Assembly: GCA_907165135.1 (NCBI GenBank)
Contig: OU015568.1
Span: forward strand, 5,022,001 to 5,086,000
Length of the DNA stretch: 64,000 bases
Direction: 5' to 3'
Source of the DNA: Oikopleura dioica
Taxonomy: Eukaryota; Animalia; Chordata
The notes under the pieces were generated by a model. The model worked only from the letters and a program-made list of their open reading frames with translations. It was not told the origin of the DNA and searched no databases. Shown one piece after another: positions 35,649 through 49,689 of the stretch (positions are counted from its first letter, which is position 1; every line of letters begins with the position of its first letter). The position numbers were made by a program, and so were the translations under genes.

Positions 35649-36188
35649 TGCGAATATTGGGGCCTGAATATTATCAATTTTCAATCCTATCACTTATTTA
35701 TAAAAGCAACTGTTTATAAAACTTGTTAAAAAAAACTATCATTTTTGCAGCTAAACACATGGAAAAAAACTCACTTTCAAACTTACTGAACACAAAATAA
35801 CCTACCAAAACAGGTAATATTTAAAGAAAAAATGCTTTAACCCACCTGCTCTTATCTGACACTTATTTTTTCAACCTTTTATTGCATTGAATCTTACAAT
35901 TTTAAATAAAGACTCAAGAATTAAGTCTATTTATAAGTCTCACCGCAGGGCAAGAAAATGTCTGATCTTGAGAAAAGCCACCTGATCAATGATTTTTAAA
36001 AACCGCTGCAGGGGGTTGAGCTTTTTGCTTGAATAGGTTTGAAAAATAGAAAAGTTCCAAAAAAATACTCGACCGCTGAATATGTATAAAGATTTGTAAA
36101 GAGCTTCAGGAGCAAATAGAGCAAACTATAAAGACAAAAACCCGGAAAAGAACATTCCAAACGCACTTTTCTTTTATTTTGGTCGAAT

Positions 36189-38543
36189 ATGACTAAAATT
36201 GAAGCTGCTAGTAGAGAAATGGAAGAAACCGACTTTGGTGTTGAAAATAAAAAGGTAAGAAAAATGCTCTAACAAATTGTATCTTTTGTTGAAAACAAAA
36301 GCCTCCGATTTTATCATCCGGGATTCGTCATTTTAAATAAATTCAAAAATCACGAATGAAACCAATTTTGCCGTATTCAATTGAGATACACGAATTGATT
36401 CAGAGTTCTTCCGAAGAAAACATAGAAGATGAAGTGGCAGAGAAAGGAGCAGAAGATGACTTTGAAAACTTCGAGTACAGTTTGGCCAAGGATTTGGAGC
36501 ACTGTACTACTTGGAGCTTTGGCTTAGGAAAGGGGATTTTTCTCTCAGATGATTTTTCTTGAAAGAAGGAAAATCTCTTGCAGTGATTTACTGGCCATTC
36601 ATGAAGATTCGACAGCTCTATCATTCCCATCCTCGGATCCCGCTGTATTTGGGGATTCTTTTTGCCATCGGGCTCCTCATTTTCGCGATTTTCGCGATGG
36701 TCAGAAACTTCACTTCGCATGGAGTTGTTTTCCTCACCCTGGGAGTCCTGGTCGGTCTTTTCAAAGGCTGGGACTGGTTGGACTCTAAGAACAATTACAA
36801 AGGCCCACAGCTGAGTTCATTCCAGAAAAAGACTCAGGTTCAAAATAGGCTTCTTTGGTAAATTTCATTAGAATGCGTTTTGAACCCTTTTCTAGTTAGG
36901 CAACTGGATATTTGGTGGATTATTTTTATGCTTTGCGGTTGCTTATGCTCTTTGGGTAGGTCATTTCAGCTTGCCATTTTGATCAATTTCATTCTAGACT
37001 GCTTTTGGCAAGAGCGGAATGAACCCTCAAAACTTGATCGGCATCACGGGCCTGGTTTCATATATTCTTCTATCGATCATCCTGTCCGTTGCGCCTCATA
37101 GAATCCGATGGCGGCCAGTTTTCTGGGGCATCGGAACTCAGGAACGAGCTCTTATTTAGTAGGAAAAGATTGTAGGAAGGCGACTAATATCATGACTCGA
37201 GGAAAATATCAAGCGACTGTATAAATTCGCATTTATCAAGCTCGCAGTATATCGCCGCAGTCATCGTTCTCCACACAGAATGGGGCTACGCAGCATTCGA
37301 GTGGCTAGGAGAAATCATTTCGAAGTTCGTTTCCTACGCTGCTTTTGGGGTCGATTTTCTCTTTGGAGAATCCTTTCCAACCGACAACTTTGCCTTCGCA
37401 GTGCTACCGATCATCATCTTTTTCTCCATGGTCACGAGCATGCTCTACTACGTCGGTTTCTTACAGTACATTATCAAAAAACTCGCATGGCTCTTCTCCT
37501 ATTTCTTCGGGACAACTGGACCGGAAAGTATGACGACAGTAGGGAACATGTTCTTGTCAATGACGGAGTCGCCACTTTTGATCAAGCCGCACATTGAAAA
37601 CCTCACAAACGCGGAAATTTTCGCCGTCATGACGGCCGGTTTTGCCAGCATTGCTGGATCCGTTCTCGGCGGATACATCGCACTGGGGATTTCTGCCGCT
37701 CATTTACTGACAGCTACAGTCATGAGCGCGCCGGCAGCCTTGGCCATCGCGAAGATAATGCACCCGGAAGTGCAGGTCTCTAGATATGCGGGAGGAAAAG
37801 TGGCGGAAAGTGAAAAACTCGACGCTGGAAATGTCATCGAAGCTGCTTCTCGTGGAATTTCAGATGCAATCATGGTCGTTATGAACGTCGCGGCAAATCT
37901 TCTCGGATTTGTGGCGATTCAAAATTTACTCGATGATATTTTGGCCTGGCTTGGAAACTCGGTTGATCAACCAGGATGGAGCTTTTCGGGACTTCTTGGC
38001 TACATCTTTTATCCATTCGTAATCGTGATGGGAATCGAGCCCGGAGATGCAATTGCTTCAGCTAGATTGGTCGGAACAAAGACGTTTTTCAATGAATTTA
38101 TAGCATTTTTGGACCTTTCGGAGATGATCAAACTCAGAGAATCAGGCATTGGTTAAATTTAATTCAATAATTTATTAATCCAGTTTTTCAAACCAATCAA
38201 AGGCGCTTGCAAATGCTCTGATTCCGGCCAAGTTCAATGGCTCAATCAACGCTCCGAAGCCTTGGTCACTTACGCCCTTTGCGGCTTCTCAAACTTCGCC
38301 TCTGTCGGAATCATGATTGGTGCCATGAGCTCTCTCGCCCCAAAAAGAGCTCCTACTTTCGCAAAACTGGCTGTGAGAGCGCTTGCTGCAGGAACGATTG
38401 CATGTCTTTGCACTGGCTGCATGGTCTCAATTTTGTACGTCGATGATGGTCGAGAATTTCTGTGGAATGGGATCGATATTTCGTCTTTCGAGATTTTTGA
38501 TTGTGAGATTCGAGACACAAATGGCACTGTACTTCCTTGCTAA
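36189..38543 (+). CDS. SLC28A: Concentrative nucleoside transporter (SLC28/CNT)
   Basis: FAFAVLPIIIFFS, GPESMTTVGNMFLSMTESPLLIKP, AGFASIAGSV, TKTFFNEFIAF, YALCGFSNFASVGI. Confidence 0.93.
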
Positions 38544-38850
38544 CTGTAAATAAATGAAAATATGTCACTTGATTTTTGACATTGAATAGTTGAGTCATTA
38601 AAACGTCAATTACGCTCATTATTCCTTGACCTTGAAAATCCCATTTCAATTTTCGAGAAAAGATCGAATAATCCAGCTCCGTATTGAATAAAATCATAAT
38701 TCGGAAAATTCTGCATTTCGACATTTTTTTCAAATGTCACTCAAATCAGCAAACCCCATCCGAATCGGCGATTGTTGAATAAAGCTGGGGCGATTTCAGA
38801 AATTCAGATCCAGAATTCATTTTCAATCCAAACCGCTCAAGTGGTGGACG

Positions 38851-41800
38851 ATGAATTTAGAGAAATTTACCCTGCTGCTGGGGACGCTGGCCTCGGCGGA
38901 CAGGTCGATTAGAGAATCAGACGGCTTCAACTATAAACCGCTCTACCTCAGCTCAAATGTCGCTCCATTCCCCCTTATCGATTTTGACGGAAGTTTGAGT
39001 AGAAGTGCTACCAGTAAAACTGTCCAGGTCGATGATGGAACCGGCCCAGTTCCAATTCCAGAAGCTCTTGCCGGCTCTGGCATCACCTCTGCCGGATGCA
39101 ATACACAAGATGCCGACTTTGGCTACCCCGACTGCATGCCTTGGACTGTCTACAACGGTAAAATCCTCTTCCGACTGTCCGGCTACGAATATGGCCGAGC
39201 AAGAGCTAACGAAGCTTGTCAAGCGATGGGTGGCTGGCTCGCCATCCCTTTTACTGAGCAAGACAATCAAGACATCAACAACTTTCTTGACGCTGCTCTT
39301 GGTGAACCTAACGATCTGGTGCTTGCTGGCGCGACGGCTGGAACTGAATCATGGTTCGCTCCGATGGCCAATATCGAAGTCGTCAATGGTGTCCAGCAGC
39401 TCATGTGGTTCGGACAGCAGTGCAAAGGATTCCATCTTTGTACCCATTTTCGAGACAAGCCCTCAGCTGGTTTTTGGGATGATTGTCCGGATTGTGCTCA
39501 ATGTGATAGTAACTGCCCTGATATCCCCGTCTACACCTACACAGGTTTTTCTCCAAATGACTCTCCACAGCCCCACTGCATGATGTACAAGATTCTGGCC
39601 GATCCATCTGTCACTTTTGGCAACGAATTTTACTGGAACGAAGCTAACTGCGATCGAAAACTCCCGGCTCTCTGTGAAATCGATTTCAAAGAAGTCGGCT
39701 GCAATGCTTTTGGCATGGAGAATATCTCTTCTCCTAAATGGAAAGTTGACTGTACGACCTACGAGTACTGTGATGCTGGAACCATTGTCATGGAAAGCTG
39801 TCCTCCAGGAACTCTTTTTAACCAATTTGCTGATCCACCAGATTGCCAGGATCCATCTCTTGTTGAAGACTGTAACGTCGACGAGTGCGAGACTGGTGAA
39901 GCAACATGCGATCCAGTTGGAATCTGTGAAGATACCATCGGCTCATATGATTGTTCCTGTGGTCCAGGATTCATCGAAGTTGAAGCAAATGCCACTCTTC
40001 CAGATAACTCAACAGCCGATTCTCATACCTGCTGGGACATCAACGAGTGCGACGACCCAACACTTTTCGAATGCGTCATCGATTCTGGTTGTTCAAACAC
40101 CATTGGCTCGTACGAGTGCATTTGTGATCAATGGCTTGCTCCTTCGGCCCTTGATGCTGACGGAAACCCCGTAAGCTGCATCGACGATGATGAATGTACT
40201 CGGCCAGATTCTTGTGGACCAAATACTGTTTGCGCGAATACCTTCCCTGGTTATTATTGCTCCTGTGCGATGGGATTCTACGATGAGGGATCAGAAACTG
40301 AACAAGGTGCTTGGGATCGAATCGATAACGGTGTTCTTGTCAACGAGAACTCAACCTACATTCCAATGGTCAACGGCTCTATCATCATTGGCGACGGAAC
40401 AATTTGCGTTGATGCTGACGAGTGCGATGCTGAACGAGATGCCTGTCCAGCAGAAAAACTCAATGTTTGCACGAACACTCCGGGATCTTTCGTCTGTGAA
40501 TGCGCTCCGGGAACTCGATACATCAACCAAACTGTCTCCGATGAATGTGAAGATATCGACGAGTGCACTGAGCTTACTTTTGTCTGTGACCCTAACGCTG
40601 CTTGTGTTAACGACATCATGGACTACCTCAAGCTGATCGCTGGAGATTTGGTCACTTATCACTGTGAATGCAGACCTGGTTTGAATGCCACGGATGTTGA
40701 CGGCTTTGAGTATCAAATTTGTGAAAATGTCGATGAATGTGCTCAGCCAGATAACAGTACATGGGCTGACATTTGTGGCGATTATGCAATCTGCACTGAT
40801 GCTTATCCTTACTATTTCGAAGCTGACCCGGTTGCTGGAACTGATGCCTATCAACAAGTTCCTTACACTTGCAGCTGCCCAGAGGGTTTCATCGTGAATG
40901 AGACGAACTCAGACCTTCCACCTTTCAGCGAATTCGCTCCTCATGAAGAACAATATGCTTTCACTTGTTCAGATAGAAACGAGTGCGACTTTGACAAATA
41001 CGGATCCTACTTCTGTGATTTAAACAATGCTGATGGCTGTGGAAACACAATAGGAAGTTTTTACTGCAGTTGCCGAGAAGGTTACGGAAACACTGCTAGC
41101 GGAGGTTGTGGAGACAACAACGAGTGCTCGGATGAAGGACTCATGTACACCTGCGAAGGAGCGAATCCTAACTGCACCAGAGGTATCGATTGCGTTCAAT
41201 GCGTGAACACGGCCGGTAGTTACATTTGCGGATGTAACGAAGGATGGGATTTTGTCGGAAGCTACGCGAACCATCAACGTCTTGAAGCACTTCCTCTTGC
41301 CAATTGTACTCTTTGTGATGACTGGGACGAAGCTGTCAATGGATCATGCACTCTTTGTGGCCCTATGTGCGTCAACTACAACGAATGTCTCAACGGCCAA
41401 TCAGAATGTGGTGTCGGCTGGACATTGACTGGCATTCTTACCGGTGACAATGTCACGTGTACTGATACAACTGGTTCATACTACTGCACTTGCCCCGAAG
41501 GATTTTACACAGCTGATTTCAACACTTTCGACAATCCCCTCTTCGGAGAATATCCTCCAAGAACTGGCGAAAAGAATCCGAACGGCGGATATGACAAGAA
41601 ATGCTACGACATCGATGAGTGTAAATATAACATGTGTGGTCAGCCGAACCAGCTGTGCTTCAACAATATTGGTTCCTATGAGTGTGGCTGCGCAAATGGC
41701 TACGAACCCACTACTTACTGCGTCTGGGAAGGACTTGCTAATGAGACTTGCATTGAAGTTTGCATTGATATCAATGAATGTGACGACAATTCTACTTGTA

Positions 41801-44800
41801 TTCATACTGCTACTGGTTCAGACACATGTACTAATACTGAAGGAAGTTACATCTGCGAGTGCGGAGCTGGATACATTCAGCATACCAATCTCACTGTGAA
41901 TGTTGAAGAGGGCGATGATGCTGGTACAGTTTACAATATCACCAACTATCTTCAGTGCGAAGACATCAATGAGTGCGACGACTACACATCCTACTGTCAC
42001 GTTGACTCTAATTGTAACAATACTGATGGATCTTACTCCTGCTGGTGCGATGATTGGCGGTTCATAGACGTTTATGGAAACGGAACACTTTGTGAAGATC
42101 TCGACGAGTGTCAAGGTTATAATGCTTGCAATGCAACAACTGGCTCAGAATGCCACAATCATTATGGCGGCTACACTTGTCTCTGCGCAGATGGATACCG
42201 ACCGGACGGCACTTACAATGTCACAGTTGCCAACTCGATTTGTGAAGATATTCCTGAGTGCGAGGAACAGGTCGATACTTGCGTTACCGATCCGCATGAG
42301 GACACTGAATCATTCCCTTGGACTCTCGAAGAGCCTTACTGCAGTAACAGCTCGGATATTGCTGCTAATAATCGATGCGGATTGCAAGCAAGTTGTAAGA
42401 ATACACCGGGATCTTTCGAGTGCACTTGTAACTACCCATACACCTTCGGAGACGGTATTGCTGGAGGTGTTGGAACAGGCTGTAACTACCCTCGCGAATG
42501 TATCCTCGGACAACATACTTGCCCGTCTATGGCTGATGTTCAATCTCGCCATCCTGATATTGTCTTCGAAGCTGAACCAGTTGAGTGCTACGAACAGCCG
42601 TATTTCTACCAGTGCCGATGCACCACTGGCTTCTTCCCTCTTCCAGATGGGCAAACCTGCGACACTTTTGATTTTGCTCCATACGCTGATGAGATCGCAG
42701 AATACGAAAATAACCAAAAAGGACTTTGGTGTGACGACTACAACTACACTATTGGTGGCGACGGAGTTGTGAATGAGACAGTTGTTTACTACGCTTGTAT
42801 TGACATCGATGAGTGCGCTGGATCTCAAGTCGACTTCTGCAGCACCAATGCCGACTGTGATAATACCGTCGGATCGTACATGTGCACTTGCCAGCCAGGC
42901 TGGGAAGGAGATGGACGAACTGACTCGACAGATTGCTCAAACATTAACGAGTGTGACACTGGAGCTCATCAATGTCCAACTGATGATGACTCAGCAGAAT
43001 GTGTTGATACACAGGGAAGCTACTACTGTTTCTGCAAGGACGGATACAAAGATGTTACTGCTAGTCTTAATGCGACAGAATGCGCTGATTGCGATGAATG
43101 CACTGATAATCTTCACCAATGCGACGGGCTCGCAACATGCTCCAACAGCATCGGATCGTACGACTGCGCGTGTATTACCGGATACGATGGTACTGGATTC
43201 GCTGGCGACTGTAACGATATTGACGAGTGTGCGACTGGAGACAACGATTGTCATCCAAGATCTCTTTGTGTTAACAATATCGGATCATTCGAGTGTTTCT
43301 GCGTTGATGGATTTGAGGGTGACGGTCGAACACTCAATGCTTCTTTCGTTGGATGCATTGACACTGATGAATGTACCGAAGGACTTCATAACTGTAATGA
43401 ACTAGCTGGATGTGTCAATACCGAAGGTTCCTTCGCATGCAAGTGTAATGAAGGATATCTTGGTAATGCTCTCAATGTCACAAACAACGCCACAAGCGGT
43501 GATGGTTGCTACGACATGGACGAGTGCGATTCCGTTGTCGATCTTTGCGGTGTTTTTGCCGATTGCTCGAACACTGTCGGTTCATATTTCTGTAACTGTA
43601 CCGAGCCTGGTTACAAACCAGCTGCAAATGGCTACGATTGCGAGGATATCGACGAGTGCGACGCTCTCTCTTGCGCTGACTTCGACGCCTGCCCTGATTG
43701 CGATGCCAATCGAGGAACATGCATCAACTTGCCAGGAAACTACACTTGCGAATGCCAGGAAGGATACAACGGAACTGCTCGAGGAAATAATACTTGCTTT
43801 GAAATCGACCAGTGCAGTCTTGGAATCGCCTCTTGTCCGGTTAACGCCACTTGTGTTGAGCTGACTTATGCCGAGGGCGATTACAGATGCGATTGTCACG
43901 AGGGTTTTGAAAAGGTCAACGTTTATTGCCGAGATATTGATGAATGCCAAAACGCAACGATGATCAATTGCGACACGAATGCGAATTGTATCAACACAGA
44001 AGGAAGCTTCCAATGCGAATGCATCGAAGGATACTCTGGCGATGGCGTCACTTGCACAAACGTAGATGAATGCGTCGATCCGTCAACAAATCCTTGCAGC
44101 GCAAATGCTACTTGTACCGATAATGAAGGGTCCTACGAATGCAATTGTAAGACTGGATACCTCGGCGATGGAGAGCTTTGCTTCGACGAAGATGAATGTC
44201 TCAGTGGTAATCACAATTGCTGTGGAGTGGCTGGATGTGTTTGTACGAACATTGAGTCCTGGTACACTTGCGGCTGCGAAGATGGTTTCTCTGGAAATGG
44301 CTTTTTGCTGTCCGAGGTTTGACCATTTTATAAGCGCTACTCTTTTTAAAATTATTAGAAAATGAGATTAATTCCCGGTGTTAACTGACACGTCTGATAA
44401 CAAATACTTTACAATTTCAGCTTAAAGGATTATCAAAATATATTAAAAGAAAGGAAATTAAACAAGATTATGGTTTTATTTATTCTATAAAGGTCGGTGG
44501 AACCGCTTGTGGAAACCAGAACGAATGTCTCGATGGCAGCCACAATTGCGATACTAACAGCTCTGCTATTTGTATGGACTCTTCTGGAGGATTCACATGT
44601 TCATGCCCTAGTGGTACCACTGGAGACGGAGTCAAGGTCTCTGAAGGTGGCTCAAGCTGTGTTGACATAGATGAATGTGCTGATTGCAGCACTGGCGGCG
44701 CTGGTTGCCCATGTAGCCAGAATGGAAACTGCACCAACACTTTCGGTTCTTTCTCCTGTGCTTGTCTCGCTGGATTCTCCGGTAAATTATTTTCTAGAGC

Positions 44801-47763
44801 TATATATTCAAATTTGTCTAGGCGATGGTAAGACATGTCTTGATATCAATGAATGTCAGACAGACAATGGCGGCTGTGATCCAGTCAACGGAGAATGTAT
44901 CAATACACAACCTGGCAACGAGTGCAAGTGCTCTGAGGGATGGACTGGAGATGGAGTTACCTGTACGAATATCAACGAGTGCGACCTGGTGCCAAATCCT
45001 TGCGTGAATAAGACTCATTCAAGTAAGATTTATGAATCTTTCTGGAAACTATTTCCTCCTTTAGCTTGCTCGGACAACGACGGTTCTTACGACTGCATCT
45101 GCGATACCGGCTACCTCGACGTTGCTGACCAGTGTCAGGATCAAGACGAATGTATCATGGACCCGAGCACTCTTCCATTCTCCTGCTCAGCTTCCGATCC
45201 TACTTTCAACAAGTGCGTGAACACCGACGGTTCTTACGAGTGTCAGTGTATCACCGGCTACACCGATGTCGCCGGAACATGTACCGATGATGATGAATGC
45301 GCTGATCCTTCAAGTTGCCAGGCAAACGCTGACTGCACGAACTTGCCTGGAACATTCGAGTGTAACTGTGCCTCTGGATACCAAGACTCCATCGATCAGA
45401 CCGAGTGTGTCGATGTGAATGAATGCATTGGTAAAACTCGCCAAGCGCTTGCTTTATCTAATAATTATTCTTAGCTTGTTACCAAGGAAGCCCAAGCTGC
45501 CCTTGTGGAGCAAACACCTGGTGCACAAATGAAGAACCCGGATTCGTCTGTACCTGCCTCCCTGGCTACGATTTTGCCTCAAACGGTGTCGACTGTGAAG
45601 ACATCGACGAATGCACTGAAAACGCTCATGATTGCGGCGACCACGAAGTTTGCTCAAACGAGCCCGGAGGATTTTCGTGCCCATGCGAAGATGGTTACTC
45701 AAAGTCAACAACAGGAGATGATACATGTGTCGATACGAATGAGTGCATTCCATGTGATTCTGATCCTCGAGATTTCTTCAATTGTCCTTGCCCGAATACC
45801 GCCTCTTGTGTCAACACCGGTAAAAATCTAGTCTCGAAATATGGTTCTTACAGTTTTCTAGATGGAGGCCACGAGTGCTGGTGCCCACTTGGATGGTGGA
45901 TGTCAGAGGACGAATGCGTCGACGTCGATGAATGTGACGCTCCGGAATACCTTGCCGCTCAGACCTACTGGGACGATGCTGCCGCTGCCGAAGCTGGTGG
46001 AGACTTCCACGAGGCTGGCATGACTCGACGATCTGCTGGTAAAATTAAGATTTTCTTTTGAAAAAATAATTTTTCTATTTCTAGACGATCCAAATGCTGG
46101 ATGCTCTGATCTCGAGAATTGCTTGAACAACGACGGATCATTCACCTGCGAATGCATCGAAGGATACCAGCGAATCGTCAACACAACTGACTGCGAGGAC
46201 ATCGATGAATGCTCAGTTGATGGTTATTGCCCAACCATCGGAACAACTTGCACGAACACAGACGGTTCCTTCATCTGTGAATGCCAAGAAGGCTTCAATG
46301 CAATCATCGTCGGCGGAAAACTAGTCCAATGTGGCGATGTCAACGAATGCTCTCAAGATCCTTTCATTTGCGGCAACCAAGCTACCTGTGTTAATACCTT
46401 CGGAGCATTCAACTGTCAGTGTCTTTCTGGATTCGAAGCCAATCCCGCCGGAACAGGATGCGTTGATGTGAATGAGTGCGAAACTGGAAATCATCTTTGC
46501 CAGCAAAACTTCCCACTTGACTGCGTCAACATTGAGGGCAGTTACACTTGCGTCATTCCTCCAGGTAAAATCACAAATGAAGAGTTTCCGCTTATTATTT
46601 TCAGGACTTGTTCTCGACGGCAAGATCGTGCTTGAGTGGCTCATCGAGCTCCAAGAACAGCTCAATAAAAACAACACCAACACTTTGAATAACAACCAGA
46701 CTATTGACGCTCAATTTTTCAACAACACCGGCAGCGGAACAACTACGCCTGGTCCTGATATTGGAATAAACGACTTCAATAGTTCAGATTCTTTCACATC
46801 AACCCTTCCTCCAGGAGTGACCAATCCTCCGCAACCACCACCAAGCAACAACACTGGCGATAATGGCGAAGGAACGAGTTTAGAAATTTCCAAAAAAATT
46901 ATCATCAATTTGAACAGGTTTTTAAAACTCATGAAAAGGTGAGACTTCTGGCGATCCTCACGTCCGAGTCAGTACTAAATTCGGAACGCCGATTTGCTTC
47001 AATTTCCATGGTGATAACGGGCGATTCGTCGATCTTCTGTCAGATCCGGTCACGAACTTCGAGGTCAATGCGGAAATCAAATCCACAGGGGCTATCACTC
47101 GCTTTATTGCTGTAGGCTTGGTGTACTCAAACGGTGGGGTGACTCATACGATCAAATGCGACGAAGATGGAGTCGTGATTCAGAATAACGGGGAAACTGT
47201 TGGTACTTATCCTTACGCAGATACTTCCATGTAAGAGCAATTTCTTAGTTAAAAGAAGTAATTTCGTATTTAGCCGAAATCATGGAGATATTGAGCTCTC
47301 TGACAACCCTGGTCATCGAGCAGGAGTCACGATCAAGATCCAAAACGTCGCCGAGTTCGTTGTCACCTTCAAGGACCGAAACCACAAAAAGGCCGACAAA
47401 GGTGTCTTTATCGATGACAATCATTCCATGGGTTTCCGAACTGTCAACACTGACGGTATCTCTCATGCAGCTACTGGTATCATCGGACAGTTTATCACAC
47501 CTTTCGCTTATGATACGATCGAGGACACAAGCCCCAACTTCGTTGTCTTCCAGTAAGCGCCTTTATCTTTTACTTCTTCTACAAGTATTTCTAGTAACCG
47601 TCACGTCCCCGCAGAGCAGGAGTTCTTCCATGGCCTTGACTACTGCATGAAAGTTCAAGACGCTCTCATCCCAACTCTACTCGGAAACGAAATAAGCGCA
47701 TACTATTCTGAAAGTCTTTTTGGCGTCAATGATCCAGCAAATATGATGGATATCATGAGCTAG
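38851..47763 (+). CDS. Giant secreted matrix protein: CTLD + CBM14 chitin-binding + ~39 calcium-binding EGF + GDPH/ITIH-C-like domain
   Basis: Signal peptide and a CTLD at the start, a six-Cys CBM14 pattern at 39699-39873, and repeated DIDEC/NEC modules (about 39 counted by eye). GDPH at 46950-46961; stop at 47761-47763. Confidence 0.88.
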
Positions 47764-47925
47764 AAAGTTTCTCAACCAAATCTTTGTACAGCTTAATAAC
47801 TCACGGCAAAGGCCGATACTAACAAATGTGAAAGAAAATTGTACAGTACTAACATCTCAACTTTCTGTAAATAAATAATAACATGAATTCTTCATTTTCT
47901 GTTGGGAAAGATCTTGGATAGATAT

Positions 47926-49689
47926 TTATTGCTTGAGCAGCCATTCGAACTGAGAAGAATTTGCAGGATCATTAGAATAAGGCGCTGAGCGTCGCTTGAG
48001 CAGGAATTGAGGTGTTCCAACATCCATAACACTCTTGTAATGCTTAAAATGCTCAAGTAAGAGTAGAAAATTTCAAAAACCACCGACCGAGAAAGTATGG
48101 AACGAGGCTTTTCCGTGATAAGCGCCAATACCAGACTCTCCAACGCCGCCAAATGGAAGAGTTTCCGGAGAAATATGCATGATGGTGTCGTTGATGCACA
48201 TGCCACCGGAGCTAACTTCGCTAACCCAGCGATTGATGATCTTCTTATCGTGAGCTACGCAAGAATCAAACCCCTCCTTTATAATAAAACTTTACCGAAG
48301 CAATAAGCAGCAAGAGGTTTTTCAAGGGAATGGACTTTAGAGAGGGCATCGTCAAAGTTATCAACAGTGACGATTGGTAGGATGGGGCCAAAGAGCTCTT
48401 CTTCCATCAAAATGTCGTCCATTGTGACATCGGTGACAACAGTCGGCTCGATGAAGCATGTCTTCTCGTCAAAATTTCCTCCGTGGACGACTTTTCCCTT
48501 CGTCTTTCCTAAAACAATAGTCAAAAATAGCAAATTGGATTGAAATTACCGAGGAGGCCAACAAGACGCTTGTAATGCCTCTCCGTCACCATCTTTCCGC
48601 TGTAGCAGTCCGAAATCTTCGGTCCTTCGGGATAAAACTCCGAAAAGATTTTCTTCAGTTCCGGCACCAATCGATCCCTAGAGCATTCTTGAGAAAGTTC
48701 TAGAAGAAAACCAACTCACCTGGTAGATTTGGTGCAGAGCAAATAGTTGGGAGCAATGCAAATTTGACCAGAATTGATGACCTTGCCAAAAAGAATTCTC
48801 TTCGCAGCGAGGTTCAGGTCGTAACCGTCATCGACCCAGCATGGGTTCTGTCCGCCAAGTTCCAGGACGCAAGGCTAAAATGAATAGATACGGAAAGTAG
48901 GGGACAAACATACAGTCAGATGCTCAGCAGCGGCTTTGTAAACAATCTTTCCAATTTTGGTTCCTCCTGTGAAGAAAATCAAGTCGTATCTCTCTTTCAG
49001 CATTTTGGTCGCACCCTCTGGGCCTTCAACAAAGACAGGGAATGCATCAGGGTCGAGGTATTTCGGGAGAACATCATAGATCATTTTCGATGAAGACTTC
49101 GCTACTTCTGATGGCTTTACTATCGCCGTACAACCAGCGCCTATAATGGTCTTCAACCAGTTTTCCCCCAAAACCTTACCGATAGCGCCGACAAGAGGAT
49201 TCAAGCACAAGTCAAAAGGATAGTTCCATGCTCCCATGATCAATACAGTTCCCAGCGGTTCTGGATGTCTGTACAAACTGTTCGTCATGTTCATCATGCC
49301 TCCAGAAACCTTCTCGTCCTTCATCATGCTTTTGCCGTTTTTGAGCATGAAGTTGACTGCATTTTTCATGTTCATCCATTCGATAGTCAGCTCCAAATGC
49401 GGTCGACCAAGATCGGCTTTGATCGCGTCAAAAATTGCTTGTTTTTCATTGTCTGAAAATTCCCGATCATATGATAGTCGAAGTTATGAAATGAATCGTG
49501 ATCTTTGACCAAGAAAATATTTGCTCTAAAGGTCACCCAGTTTTATTGCTTACCCAAAAACTTTAAAAACTGCTTCAGTTGCGTCTCCCTCCATTCCCAG
49601 CTCCGAGTAACACCGGACTTGAAGACATCCTTGGATTTGTTGATCCTGGCCAGTTTAGCAGCCCATTCAGCATCTGTACTTGCGGCCAT
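47926..49689 (-). CDS. ALDH3: Aldehyde dehydrogenase family 3
   Basis: [42 protein letters not shown] (catalytic Cys), [25 protein letters not shown]. Confidence 0.93.

Noticed and set aside
38953-46695. Many overlapping antisense and alternative-frame ORFs in the EGF gene
   Set aside because: Explained by the repetitive Cys/Asp codon composition of EGF modules.
30840-47763. Operon of three co-oriented genes (ZC3H4-like, SLC28, EGF protein)
   Set aside because: Stop-to-start gaps are about 540 and 310 bp, longer than expected for larvacean operons. There is no direct evidence of trans-splicing.
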